A stretch of DNA of 64,000 nucleotides from Macrostomum lignano. Lineage: Eukaryota. Below are positions 38,001 to 51,874 of the stretch, piece by piece. Under the pieces are notes generated by a model. It ran no database searches. It was not told where the DNA came from and saw only the letters and a program-made list of their open reading frames with translations. The stretch covers positions 174,427 to 238,426 of the forward strand of contig NIVC01000852.1 in assembly GCA_002269645.1 (NCBI GenBank). Direction: 5' to 3'. Numbering within the stretch: the first letter of the stretch is position 1; the number at the start of each line of letters is the position of its first letter. A program made the position numbers and the translations under genes.

Positions 38001-40575
38001 ATAGAATCTCACCCCAGATACCACTTAACTCAGATATGAAAGAAAATCAGCCAAATTTAAAGAAACTACAAAAATGCACTCCTGGAGTTAAAGGTCGAAA
38101 GAGATCTCAGAGTATTAAAGGTACTCTAATTTTCAATACTTTGACCTTCCAACGCACCAGCAGGCCGACCCATTTATCGGTCACCAGCCTACGAACAAAG
38201 GCTTTGCAACAGCATAGTCGGAGGATCAGCTTCAAGCTGAACCAGCCGCCGTTGCCGCCGGCATCGCCGCCTTCGAGACACGAGGCCAGAGCGTCGTAGA
38301 CGAACGCAGCCAGACGGTCCCAGCAGCGCTGGTCCAAGCAGTCGGGCTGGCTGGCCACCCGGTGCAGCAGGCCGACACGCCACGCCGAGCAGATCCGCCG
38401 CAGGCCGCAGTCCGGATGTCTGGCCTCACTCTCAACGGCACGACGCCGACGCTCCTGTTGAAGTCGACGACGCGCGTCGGTCGATAATTTCGATTTTGAT
38501 CGGCGACGACGTCGATAGTTTTGGTGTCGACGATGTCGCCTATCGGCGACGTTGCTGGCGTCGTCGTCCAGTTTCTGTTGCCGCTGGTCGGCGCCGTCGA
38601 CAACAGCGACGACGTTCGAGACCTCGCCGTCGACCTCGTAGTCAATATCATTGTCGCTGAAATCGACACTGTCGTCAAATTGGCTAATGTCGTCGTCAAA
38701 ATCTTCGTCATCGTCATCGTCCTCCTCGGAGATCAAGGGGGGCTCGGCCAGCTTCAAATCGTATTTGCCTTCCCGGCCCATCCTGTAGGAGTTGGTGCCG
38801 CCGCTGTCCCAGTTCACCCGGATCCAGCCGTCGTCGCCTAGTTCGCCGACAATTGTGCCAACGCTGTTGCCATCGTCCTGCGGCCGGGTTTATCGGGGGA
38901 TTTATGGGTGTTCGCTTAGTCTAAGGGGTTTTCCGTCATGGTTATAGGATAGCATAGGGAAGCTGGATTCCCACTGAGTCATTCGGTCATAGGGAAGCTG
39001 GACTCCCACTGAGTCATTCGGTCATAGGGAAGCTGGATTCCCACTGAGTCATTCGGTCATAGGGAAGCTGGACTCCCACTGAGTCATTCGGTCATAGGGA
39101 AGCTGGATTCCCACTGAGTCATTCGGTCATAGGGAAGCTGGATTCCCACTGAGTCATTCGGTCATAGGAAGGCTGGATTCCCACTGAGTCATTCGGTCAT
39201 AGGAAGGCTGGATTCCCACTGAGTCATTCGGTCATAGGAAGGCTGGATTCCCACTGAGTCATTCGGTCATAGGAAGGCTGGATTCCCACTGAGTCATTCG
39301 GTCATAGGGAAGCTGGATTCCCACTGAGTCATTCGGTCATAGGGAAGCTGGATTCAAATTGAGTCATTCGGCCATAGGGAAGCTGGATTCAAATTGAGTC
39401 ATTCGGTCATAGGGAAGTTGCATTCAAATTGAGTCATTCGGTCATAGGGAAGCTGGACTCCCACTGAGTCATTCAGCCATAGGGAAGCTGGATTCAAATT
39501 GAGTCATTCGGTCATAGGGAAGTTGGATTCAAATTGAGTCATTCGGTCATAGGGAAGCTGGATTCAAATTGAGTCATTCGGTCATAGGGAAGCTGGACTC
39601 CCACTGAGTCATTCGGCCATAGGGAAGCTGGATTCAAATTGAGTCATTTGGTCATAGGGAAGTTGAATTCAAATTGAGTCATTCGGTCATAGAGAAGCTG
39701 GACTCCCACTGAGTCATTCAGCCATAGGGAAGCTGGATTCAAATCGAGTCATTCGGCCATAGGGAAGCTGGATTCAAATTGAGTCATTCGGTCATAGGGA
39801 AGCTGGATTCAAATTGAGTCATTCGGTCATAGGGAAGCTGGATTCAAATCGAGTCATTCGGCCATAGGGAAGCTGGATTCAAATTGAGTCATTCGGTCAT
39901 AGGGAAGCTGGATTCAAATCGAGTCATTCGGCCATAGGGAAGCTGGATTCAAATCGAGTCATTCGGTCATAGGGAAGCTGGATTCAAATTGAGTCATTCG
40001 GTCATAGGGAAGCTGGATTCAAATCGAGTCATTCGGTCATAGGGAAGCTGGATTCAAATTGAGTCATTCGGTCATAGGGAAGTTGGATTCCCAAATGAGG
40101 GCCGCTGGATTGTTAGTGTTCATTTGATTGATACGCAAAGGTTCCGTTGGATTCTTGACCCTTCAATGAACCGTACGCCCTTCCAGCCTTCCTAACTGTG
40201 CTTAAGTGAACTAAAGCAAGACGCCAAGCTCACCTGATGGCCCCACTTCCAGTCCTGGCCGCGCACAACCCGGGTGCCAATTTTCATTAGGGCAACCAGT
40301 TCGGGGCCGTTCAGTGGCGAGTAGGGCACATGGCGGCGACTGCGGCTCGATTCCACAACGGGGCCCATGGCCGGGGCTGATGTGGGCAGCGATCGAACTG
40401 GATCGTCTCTGCGGTGGCAAGCGCGAGCAATGGGATATGGCGAGTGGCTTGTGCTCGGTAGACAGATAGACACTAAGACAGACACTAAGACAGACAGACA
40501 GACAGACAAACAGACGGACAGGCAGACAGGCAGGCAGACAGACAGACAGACAGACAGGCAGGCAGGCAGGCAGGC

Positions 40576-40626
<51 letters not shown>

Positions 40627-40683
40627 TAGACAGACGAACAGATAGACAGACAGACAGACAGAAAGACAGAAAGACAGACAGAC

Positions 40684-40746
<63 letters not shown>

Positions 40747-40775
40747 TAGACAGACAGACAGACAGAAAGACAGAA

Positions 40776-40836
<61 letters not shown>

Positions 40837-40867
40837 CTAAGACAGACAGACAGACAGACAGACACTA

Positions 40868-40902
<35 letters not shown>

Positions 40903-43900
40903 TACTCACGCGTCAACCAGCCTAGCAACAGTCTGCAGCAGAGCCAAGAAGCCGGAGTCCACCAGCTGATTGAGGGCATCAGTCTGCATGAGTGCATTAA
41001 GCAGCAGGGCCACCCAGCCGGCGCTGGGCAGCTGGCCAAAGTGCACGGTCCTGTTGGCGCCGGTGCCATTGATCAGCGCCAGTTCCCAATCGGCGTCAAA
41101 CAGTTGGCGCCGAAGTTCGTTTCCTAGTGCCGCGACAAAGCAGCGAAACTCGTCCGAAAGCTGAAGGCTGACGGTGCGGCCGGCCAGGCTGGGGGTCAGG
41201 CGGCCGAGGCTCAGGTCCGGGCCGCCGTGAGAGGCCAGCCAGCAATGCAGCAGGAAGCAGCGTACCTGGAATATTAGTCAACAGCTCGACATGCATTTTT
41301 TGGGCGATTGAGACCCGGTTATTAAACGGGGGACAAAGAGCCGGTTCTTAAACCAGGGGACTAAGACCCGGTTCTTAAACGGGGGACTAAGACCCGGTTC
41401 TTAAGCGGGGGACTGAGACCCGATTCTTAAACGGGGGACAAAGACCCGATTCTTAAACGGGGGACTAAGACCCGATTCTTAAACGGGGGACAAAGACCCG
41501 ATTCTTAAACGGGGGACTAAGACCCGACTCTGAAACGGGGGACTAAGACCCGATTCTTAAACGGGGGACAAAGACCCGATTCTTAAACGGGGGACTAAGA
41601 CCCGATTCTTAAACGGGGGACTAAGACCCGATTCTTAAACGGGGGACTAAGACCCGATTCTTAAACGGGAGACTAAGACCCGATTCTTAAACGGGAGACT
41701 AAGACCCGATTCTTAAACGGGGGACTAAGACCCGATTCTTAAACGGGGGACTAAGACCCGATTCTTAAACGGGGGACTAAGACCCGATTCTTAAACGGGA
41801 GACTAAGACCCGATTCTTAAACGGGGGACTAAGACCCGATTCTTAAACGGGGACTAAGACCCGGTTCTTAAACGGGGGACTAAGACCCGATTCTTAAACG
41901 GGGGACTAAGACCCGATTCTTAAACGGGGGACTAAGACCCGATTCTTAAACGGGGGACTAAGACCCGATTCTTAAACGGGGGACTAAGACCCGATTCTTA
42001 AACGGGAGACTAAGACCCGATTCTTAAACGGGGGACTAAGACCCGATTCTTAAGCGAGGGACTAAGACCCGATTCTTAAACGGGGGACTAAGACCCGATT
42101 CTTAAACGGGGGACTAAGACCCGATTCTTAAACGGGAGACTAAGACCCGATTCTTAAACGGGGGACTAAGACCCGATTCTTAAACGGGGGACTAAGACCC
42201 GATTCTTAAACGGGGGACTAAGACCCGATTCTTAAACGGGGGACTAAGACCCGATTCTTAAACGGGGGACTAAGACCCGATTCTTAAACGGGAGACTAAG
42301 ACCCGATTCTTAAACGGGGGACTAAGACCCGATTCTTAAACGGGAGACTAAGACCCGATTCTTAAACGGGGGACTAAGACCCGATTCTTAAACGGGGGAC
42401 TAAGACCCGATTCTTAAGCGGGGGACTAAGACCCGATTCTTAAACGGGGGACTAAGACCCGATTCTTAAACGGGGGACTAAGACCCGATTCTTAAACGGG
42501 GGACTAAGACCCGATTCTTAAACAGGGGACTAAGACCCGATTCTTAAACGGGGACTAAGACCCGATTCTTAAACGGGGGACTAAGACCCGATTCTTAAAC
42601 GGGAGACTAAGACCCGATTCTTAAACGGGGGACTAAGACCCGATTCTTAAACGGGGGACTAAGACCCGATTCTTAAACGGGGACTAAGACCCGATTCTTA
42701 AACGGGGGACTAAGACCCGATTCTTAAACGGGAGACTAAGACCCGATTCTTAAACGGGAGACTAAGACCCGATTCTTAAACGGGGGACTAAGACCCGATT
42801 CTTAAACGGGGGACTAAGACCCGATTCTTAAACGGGGGACTAAGACCCGATTCTTAAACGGGAGACTAAGACCCGATTCTTAAACGGGGGACTAAGACCC
42901 GATTCTTAAACGGGGGACTAAGACCCGGTTCTTAAACGGGGGACTAAGACCCGATTCTTAAACGGGGGACTAAGACCCGATTCTTAAACGGGGGACTAAG
43001 ACCCGATTCTTAAACGGGGGACTAAGACCCGATTCTTAAACGGGGGACTAAGACCCGATTCTTAAACGGGAGACTAAGACCCGATTCTTAAACGGGGGAC
43101 TAAGACCCGATTCTTAAGCGAGGGACTAAGACCCGATTCTTAAACGGGGGACTAAGACCCGATTCTTAAACGGGGACTAAGACCCGATTCTTAAACGGGA
43201 GACTAAGACCCGATTCTTAAACGGGGGACTAAGACCCGATTCTTAAACGGGGGACTAAGACCCGATTCTTAAACGGGGGACTAAGACCCGATTCTTAAAC
43301 GGGGACTAAGACCCGATTCTTAAACGGGGGACTAAGACCCGATTCTTAAACGGGAGACTAAGACCCGATTCTTAAACGGGGGACTAAGACCCGATTCTTA
43401 AACGGGAGACTAAGACCCGATTCTTAAACGGGGGACTAAGACCCGATTCTTAAACGGGGGACTAAGACCCGATTCTTAAGCGGGGGACTAAGACCCGATT
43501 CTTAAACGGGGGACTAAGACCCGATTCTTAAACGGGGGACTAAGACCCGATTCTTAAACGGGGGACTAAGACCCGATTCTTAAACAGGGGACTAAGACCC
43601 GATTCTTAAACGGGGGACTAAGACCCGATTCTTAAACGGGGACTAAGACCCGATTCTTAAACGGGAGACTAAGACCCGATTCTTAAACGGGGGACTAAGA
43701 CCCGATTCTTAAACGGGGGACTAAGACCCGATTCTTAAACGGGGGACTAAGACCCGATTCTTAAACAGGGGACTAAGACCCGATTCTTAAACGGGGACTA
43801 AGACCCGATTCTTAAACGGGGGACTAAGACCCGATTCTTAAACGGGAGACTAAGACCCGATTCTTAAACGGGGGACTAAGACCCGATTCTTAAACGGGGG

Positions 43901-46900
43901 ACTAAGACCCGATTCTTAAACGGGGGACTAAGACCCGATTCTTAAACGGGGACTAAGACCCGATTCTTAAACGGGAGACTAAGACCCGATTCTTAAACGG
44001 GGACTAAGACCCGATTCTTAAGCGGGGACTAAGACCCGATTCTTAAGCGGGAGACTAAGACCCGATTTACTGTTAAACCCCACCGCGAACACGCACCGAA
44101 GTCAGCAGCGGAGTCAAGCCGGGGCCAGCCGCATCAGCCTGAGCTGTCTCATCTGAATCGGCAGCTGAGCAGGGCACCAGAGCGAGTCGGAGTCGGCGCA
44201 GCACACCAACGCGGACTAGGCAGACGTTGGCTGCCTGGGTTAGTCTAGTTCGAGCGTCGGCCGTGTCGAACGGCTCCTGGCCTAGGATGAAGGCCTGCAA
44301 GGTGGGTGCAGAAAAAAAATTACAATAAAGCATAAAGATACTGGCACTCCGCGTCACACCCCAGTGTCAGATACTGGCACTCCCGGACCGTCAGATTCCA
44401 ATGTCAGATACTGGCACTCCCTGACCGTTAGATTCCAATGTCAGATACTGGCACTCCCTGACCGTTAGATTCCAATGTCAGATACTGGCACTCCCTGACC
44501 GTCAGATTCCAATGTCAGATACGGGCACTCCCTGACCGTCAGACCTCAATGTCAGATACTGGCACTCCCTGACCGTCAGACCCCAGTGTCAGATACTGGC
44601 ACTCCCTGACCGTCAGATTCCAATGTCAGATACGGGCACTCCCTGACCGTCAGACCTCAATGTCAGATACTGGCACTCCCTGACCGTCAGACCCCAATGT
44701 CAGATACTGGCACTCCCTGACCGTCGGACCCCAATGTCAGATACTGGCACTCCCTGACCGTCAGACCCCAATGTCAGATACTGGCACTCCCTGACCGTCA
44801 GACCCCAATGTCAGATACTGCACTCCCTGACCGTCAGACCCCAATGTCAGATACTGCACTCCCTGACCGTCAGACCCCAATGTCAGATACTGGCACTCCC
44901 TGACCGTCAGACCCCAATGTCAGATACTGGCACTCCCTGACCGTCAACCCCAATGTCAGATACTGGCACTCCCTGACCGTCAGACCCCAATGTCAGATAC
45001 TGGCACTCCCTGACCGTCACACCCCAGTGTCAGATACTGGCACTCCCGGACCGTCAGATTCCAATGTCAGATACTGGCACTCCCTGACCGTTAGATTCCA
45101 ATGTCAGATACTGGCACTCCCTGACCGTTAGATTCCAATGTCAGATACTGGCACTCCCTGACCGTCAGATTCCAATGTCAGATACGGGCACTCCCTGACC
45201 GTCAGACCTCAATGTCAGATACTGGCACTCCCTGACCGTCAGACCCCAATGTCAGATACTGGCACTCCCTGACCGTCAGACCTCAATGTCAGATACTGGC
45301 ACTCCCTGACCGTCAGACCCCAATGTCAGATACTGGCACTCCCTGACCGTCAGACCCCAATGTCAGATACTGGCACTCCCTGACCGTCAGACCCCAATGT
45401 CAGATACTGGCACTCCCTGACCGTCAGACCCCGATGTCAGATACTGGCACTCCCTGACCGTCAGACCCCAATGTCAGATACTGGCACTGACGCAGTCGAT
45501 GCCATCAACAAACAAGGGCACCAACCTGAAGCTTGTCCATTAGTTGGCGATCAACGCCAACGCCTTGCAGACGCCGGCGAAGTCGCGCCATTGATGCGGA
45601 ATCGCGCAACGCCGAGTAGACCGTCGACCAGCGCGCCGACGCGGCCTCCGACTTTGTAGCAGCGGACGAAGTGGCGGACGACGCGGTTTTCGTGCGAGCA
45701 GTCAACAAAGCCGAATCTTTCAGAACGCCGTCGGCCGCCCGTCGCCAACGATTCGACGCAGACGTCGATGTTGTCGAATCCCGGGATAGAAAGTCGACGG
45801 CGCAGTCGAAATTCTCCAATAGGAAAAGGCAGCGGCGGCGCACAGAGGAGGCGGCCTCCTTGCCGGCCTGCTGGTGCTGGGCCCGGCGCAGCAGCTCCTG
45901 TTTCAGTCGGGTCTGCAGGCGGCACAGGTGCTGGAACGGCACGGAAACGTCTGGCGCAGGCGGCGGCAGCTCGGTGTCGTCAGTTTTTGAGGCCTGGTGC
46001 CAGTCTGTGGCGAGTTGCCTGAAAATTGAAAAAAAATATGGAGAAAAACAGGAGAACAAAAATGATGTCGGTAAGTTTCTTTTGAAGTCCTTCGAGCTGA
46101 AAGCACATTAAAAATTGCTTCTTTTCCCAGTGTGAAAGTAAAATTTCCCAGGAATTCACCCATTTTCTAGGAATCTGCTTGTTTTCTAGTAATTTACCTA
46201 TTTTTAAGGAATCTAAACACTTTCTTGGAATATTGCCATTTTCCAGGAATATTGCGCCATTTCCTAGGAATCTAGAAGTTTTTAAGAATCCAAAGATATT
46301 CTACTCGTAGGGATATAAAGATTTTCTAGGAATCTTTCCATTTTCTAGGAGTCTACTTATCTTCTAGCTAGGAATCTACTCATTTTCCAGGGATCTAGCC
46401 ACTTTCCTGGAATCTAACCCATTTTCTATGAATCCACACATTGTCTAGGAATCCAACCATTTTCTAGGAATTTACCTATTTTCTAGGAATTCAACCATTT
46501 TAGAAATCTTTTTCATTTTTAAGGAATGTACCCATTTTCTTGGAATCAATCGATTTTCTTGGAATCTACCTATTTTCTTGGAATCTACTCATTTTTAGGA
46601 ATCAATCGATTTTCTTGGAATCTACCTATTTTCTTGGAATCTACTCATTTTTTGGAATCAATCGATTTTCTTGGAATCTGCCTATTTTCTTGGAATCTAC
46701 TCATTTTTTGGAATAAATCGATTTTCTTGGAATATGCCTATTTTCTTGGAATCTACTCATTTTTAGGAATCAATCGATTTTCTTGGAATCTGCCTATTTT
46801 CTTGGAATCTACTCATTTTTGGAATCAATCGATTTTCTTGGAATCTGCCTATTTTCTTGGAATCTACTCATTTTTTAGGAATCAATCGATTTTCTTAAAA

Positions 46901-49900
46901 TCTACCCAATTTCTCTGCACTCGGGTTTGACTGCTTGGGTTGTTTTAATCCATGATGGATTCATGGGTCTAAGAGCAACTCAGCGGTTATCGCATCTGAC
47001 TCTCGCGCCAAAATCCATGGGTTTGATACCGTTACCAGCCACATTAATTTGGGGCTGTTGTGTACGAACTTTGGTTTTCGTGCTTGTCGTGCGATTTACA
47101 ACGAAGGCCAACCCCCAATGCACAGTGAAGTGTACATGCCTAACGATAAATAAAGTTAGGGCCGCTGTACACTCCTGTGTGAGTGTGTGCCTGTGCGTAT
47201 GACTGTGTACGTATCCGCGCGTTTGTGTGTCTGCTCAGGGGATTCGGCGAAATGGGCAGCAATGCCTCTCGCCGGTTGTGTGACAATGTCGCTTAAAGTG
47301 CGCCAGGGTGCACACAGCCTCCCTGACTCTAACACTAATATTAAAGTGTTTCTAATCTCTCTTATCTAGTGTCTGTAATCCCGGCCTTGTCTATTATCGA
47401 GTGTCCAGTGTCTCAGCTAGTGCCACCCTCCCCGATCCTTCAGCTGCCACCCCCTCCCTCCCCGATCCTTCAGCTGCCACCCCCTCCCTCCCCGATCCTT
47501 CAGCTGCCACCCCTCCCCGATCCTGCAGCTGCCACCTCCTCCCTCCCCGATCCTTCAGCTGCCACCCCTCCCTCCCCGATCCTTCAGCTGCCACCCCTCC
47601 CTCCCCGATCCTTCAGCTGCCACCCCTCCCTCCCCGATCCTTCAGCTGCCACCCCTCCCTCCCCGATCCTTCAGCTGCCACCCCTCCCTCCCTAATCCTT
47701 CAGCTGCCACCCTCCCCGATCCTTCAGCTGCCACCCCTCCCCGATCCCTCAGCTGCCACCCTCCCCGATCCTTCAGCTGCCACCCCTCCCCGATCCTTCA
47801 GCTGCCACCCCTCCCTCCCCAATCCTTCAGCTGCCACCCTCCCCGATCCTTCAGCTGCCACCCCTCCCCGATCCCTCAGCTGCCACCCTCCCGATCCTTC
47901 AGCTGCCACCCCTCCCCGATCCTTCAGCTGCCACCCCTCCCTCCCCGATCCTTCAGCTGCCACCCTTCCCCGATTCTTCAGCTGCCACCCTCTCCGATCC
48001 TTCAGCTGCCACCCTCTCCGATCCTTCAGCTGCCACCCCTCCCTCCCCGATCCTTCAGCTGCCACCCCTCCCCGATCCTTCAGCTGCCACCCCTCCCTCC
48101 CCGATCCTTCAGCTGCCACCCTCCCCGATCCCTCAGCTGCCACCCCCCGATCCCTCAGCTGCCACCCCTCCCCGATCCTTTAGCTGCCAACCTCCCCGAT
48201 CCCTCAGCTGCCAACCCCCGATCCCTCAGCTGCCACCCCTTCCCCGATCCTTCAGTTGCCACCCTCCCCGATACCTCAGCTGCCACCCTCTCCCCGATCC
48301 TTCAGCTGCCACCCTCTCCCCGATACCTCAATTGCCACCCTCTCCCCGATCAGCTCATACAACAAAACAAAGAACTCACTCAGCATAGAATCCCAAGTCC
48401 AACAGCTGCAGCATGGCAGCCATAGCCAGCCGGCAAGCCGCCAGCACCGGATGGTCAGGCGGCAGATCGACAGGCACGTGACAGCCGGCGGCCCGACTGC
48501 AGGAGTCCACCAGGCGGCTGAAACTGGTCAGCAAAGCGGAGCGATGCCGATTGGCTATCAGCAATTTCAACAATCGATTATCGCCATGGCAACCGGCAAT
48601 GCTTTTATCCAAATCTACAACAACAGAGCCGGCCGAGTCGTCTGTCATCAGGGTTGATGAAGCCGATTCCGCAGCTTCCTCTTTTTCCGTGTCCACCAGG
48701 CGGCGAGGCTCGGTTCGAGCGCAGCGTAGGACGCATTCTGGCAGACTGTCGAATATGCCGCCAGTGCCTCCAGCCGCCGCTGTCTGGCAGTTTCCAGTCT
48801 CGCGAAACAGCGCGGCCAAACTAACTGAGAACAGCATAGCAACGCAGCGTTCGACGTGCAATAGCGGCGATTCGACTTCGCCTAGGGCGGGATCGGAGTT
48901 CAAATACTCGCCAATGTAGCAGGCACGCAGGGCCTCCAGAGAGTCGGCTGGGCCGCCCGGCGATGCGGCGGCTAACAGGTGAAAAGCCTCAGTAGCGTCG
49001 CGACCTTTGTGACGCAATAGGCCGCGATAGGCCGACTGGGCCAGGTCGGGTATGAGCAGCAGGTCGTAGACTCGGCCGTTGATGATCACCTGTGGGAATT
49101 GTGGCGGGTGATTGTGATAGACGATTGTTTAGTTCATATTCGAAAATGTACTTTTATTGCTTCATTTTGTAGACAATTTTTACCAGATCCAAAGAAACGG
49201 CAGAAACTGCTGGAAAATCTGACCAATAGTAAATCACTAAAGTCTATCTAAAAGTACAATAGAAATACAAGAAAGCTAGTTAAGCAAAGAGTAAATCAAA
49301 AACTTCACGAAAAGGCCATCTAAAAGTACACCATCAATGTCAAAGAAAGGCACATTAAAAACTGACCTAAATTGACTCAGAAATTACAGTACCAAAAAGT
49401 TACTCCTAAATAGAGTAGAAACTAAAAAGCATACCTAAAAGTACACCAGAAACTACACAGGAAAGCTGACCCAAAAATACGACAAAAAGTATACATATAA
49501 AGTTAACCTAGAAGTACAACGAAAACTACACAGGAAAGCTGTGCGGCCTAAAAGTACAAATAAAAGTACACACACAATCAACCTAAATGTACATCGAAAA
49601 GAAACAGAAAAGTTGACCTAAAAGTATAACAAAAAGTACATAGGAAGGCTGACCTAAAAGTACAAACAAAAGTGCAGCAATAAAAGATCGCTCACCCAGC
49701 AGCCTCCAAGCAGGTTATGATTATGCACATCCACCGGCCTGATCACCGGCTGCGGCGCCACGCATTCCTCCAGATAGCGCCCGTAGGCTGTCGCGCCGGC
49801 GGCGGCGCCGCTATCGCCAAAGCTGGGCAAAGCGGCATCTTCGGCGTCCTCGCGCAGCAGATTGGCGCAGCGCCGGTTCAGCGAGTCCAAGCAGGCCAGC

Positions 49901-51840
49901 AGCGGCTCAACCAGCAGGCCGATTTCGTACAGGCCGGCGAACTGCTGCCCGCGATTCTCCGCAACCAGGCTGGCCAGGCTTAGCAGCAGGTCGGACAGCA
50001 GAACGCCGCAACTGCTCCGTTCCAGTAGGCCGACAGCGTAGCGCAGTCGTAGCAGGCCAAATGCGCGAGCATCGCGATTAGCCGCAATTAATAAATTGCA
50101 CTGCTGCTGCACTAACACAGTTGTATAAGCCGATAATTGTTGCACTCGAATCGAATCCGCTGGCGAACGGGACACCTTGCGGATTAGGCAGCGCTGAAGC
50201 TCGGATAGCAGGTCTAGCAGGCGGCTCCATCTGTTTTTTTTGTAGAGAGCATTGTTTGAATGACGACAGCTACTATAAGTAGACTCAATAGCATCTTTTG
50301 ATCAATTTTACGCAGTATTTCTGTTTAAATTATTAAAATATGCGAATATTCGATACTTACTATGGGTCTACGGTGCCAGCTACAGAATAACAAAAGGAGC
50401 GCCAACTACAGAGAGGGGGCGCCAGCTACAGAGGAGGCGCCAGATACAGGGAGAAGGCGCTAGCTACAGAGGACGAGGAGGCGCCAGATACAGAGAGGGG
50501 GCGCCAACTACAGGGAGAAGGCGCCAGCTACAGAGGGGGGGCCAGATACAGAGAGGGGGCGCCAGCTACAGAGGAGGCGCCAGATACAGAGAGGGGGCGC
50601 CAGCTACAGAGGAGGCGCCAGATACAGAGAGGGGCGCCAACTACAGGGAGGGGGCGCCAGCTACAGAGGAGGCACCAGATACAGAGAGGGGGCGCCAACT
50701 ACAGGGAGGGGGCGCCAGCTACAGAGGAGGCACCAGATACAGAGAGGGGGCGCCAACTACAGAGGGGGAACCAGGGGGGACAGAGAAGAACATATTTAGG
50801 TGTAAAAAAATCTCCCGCAGACAAAACTGCGGCAGAAAACTATTGTGCTTCAATTCACCATTAGTAGTGTGAATAGGGTTTTACGCTATCTTTTAAGACT
50901 TTGAAAGAATCCAATAGAGTATGCCGCATCGCCTACCTCGGCTGCATTGCCGGATCGGCCAGCATTTCGGCCTCCTCTTTGCACACTACTAACAGTAGGC
51001 AACGCAGAAATCTGTCCGCATCAACTCGACTAGACGGCGCTTCAAGCGAAGCCAATAGCCGACGATCGCAGATTAGCGAATCAACTAAGAGATTAACAAG
51101 GAATTTGTAGCGGGTGTTCGGCTGCTCCATGATGTCGTGCAGGGCCGCCGCTCGTTCAGTCGATGTCGGCAGAAGGAGACGCCAGGCCTTCTCCAGGCAG
51201 GCCTGAGCGCTGCGTTGAATGCCGCCGTAGCCAGCCAGGCCGCCTGTGGCCAGGTGCACTATAGCCGATTTCAGCTGGGTGGCCGTGTCTGCCGACAGTC
51301 TGGAAAGGGGAAGCGACAGAAAAAAATGTTAGAAATGAGAAATCAGCTGATTCTGGTCTTCACTCCGTACCCACCTCACACTGCACCCACCTCACTCCGC
51401 ACCCACCTCACTCCGCAAACACCTCACTCCGCACCCACCTCACTCCGCACCCACCTCACTCCGCACCCATCTCTCTCCACATCCATCCTATTCAACAACA
51501 GTATTAAATATACTACACTATTGATATATACTTACCTAAACTTATTAGCAACACAGAGCGACAATTGCAAAGTTAGCAAATCCAGACAGGCGATGGCCGA
51601 GCACTCTCTATCCTGATTGATTGGCGCCGAGTCCGCTGTTAGCTGAGCCAACAGGCTGTACAGCTGGCGCAGGCATCGGTCAGTCAGTTCAACGCAATAC
51701 GGCGCAGCCAGACTACGGGGCCGGCAATATCGCCAACAGATAAGAGTCGCGCCGGGGCTCAGCAAAGCTAGTCCGGCGAATTCGCCGATTGCCAGACGCC
51801 AGTCGGGCATTGCAGCTGGTTTCTGCTTCTGCTGCTGCTT

Positions 51841-51874
<34 letters not shown>

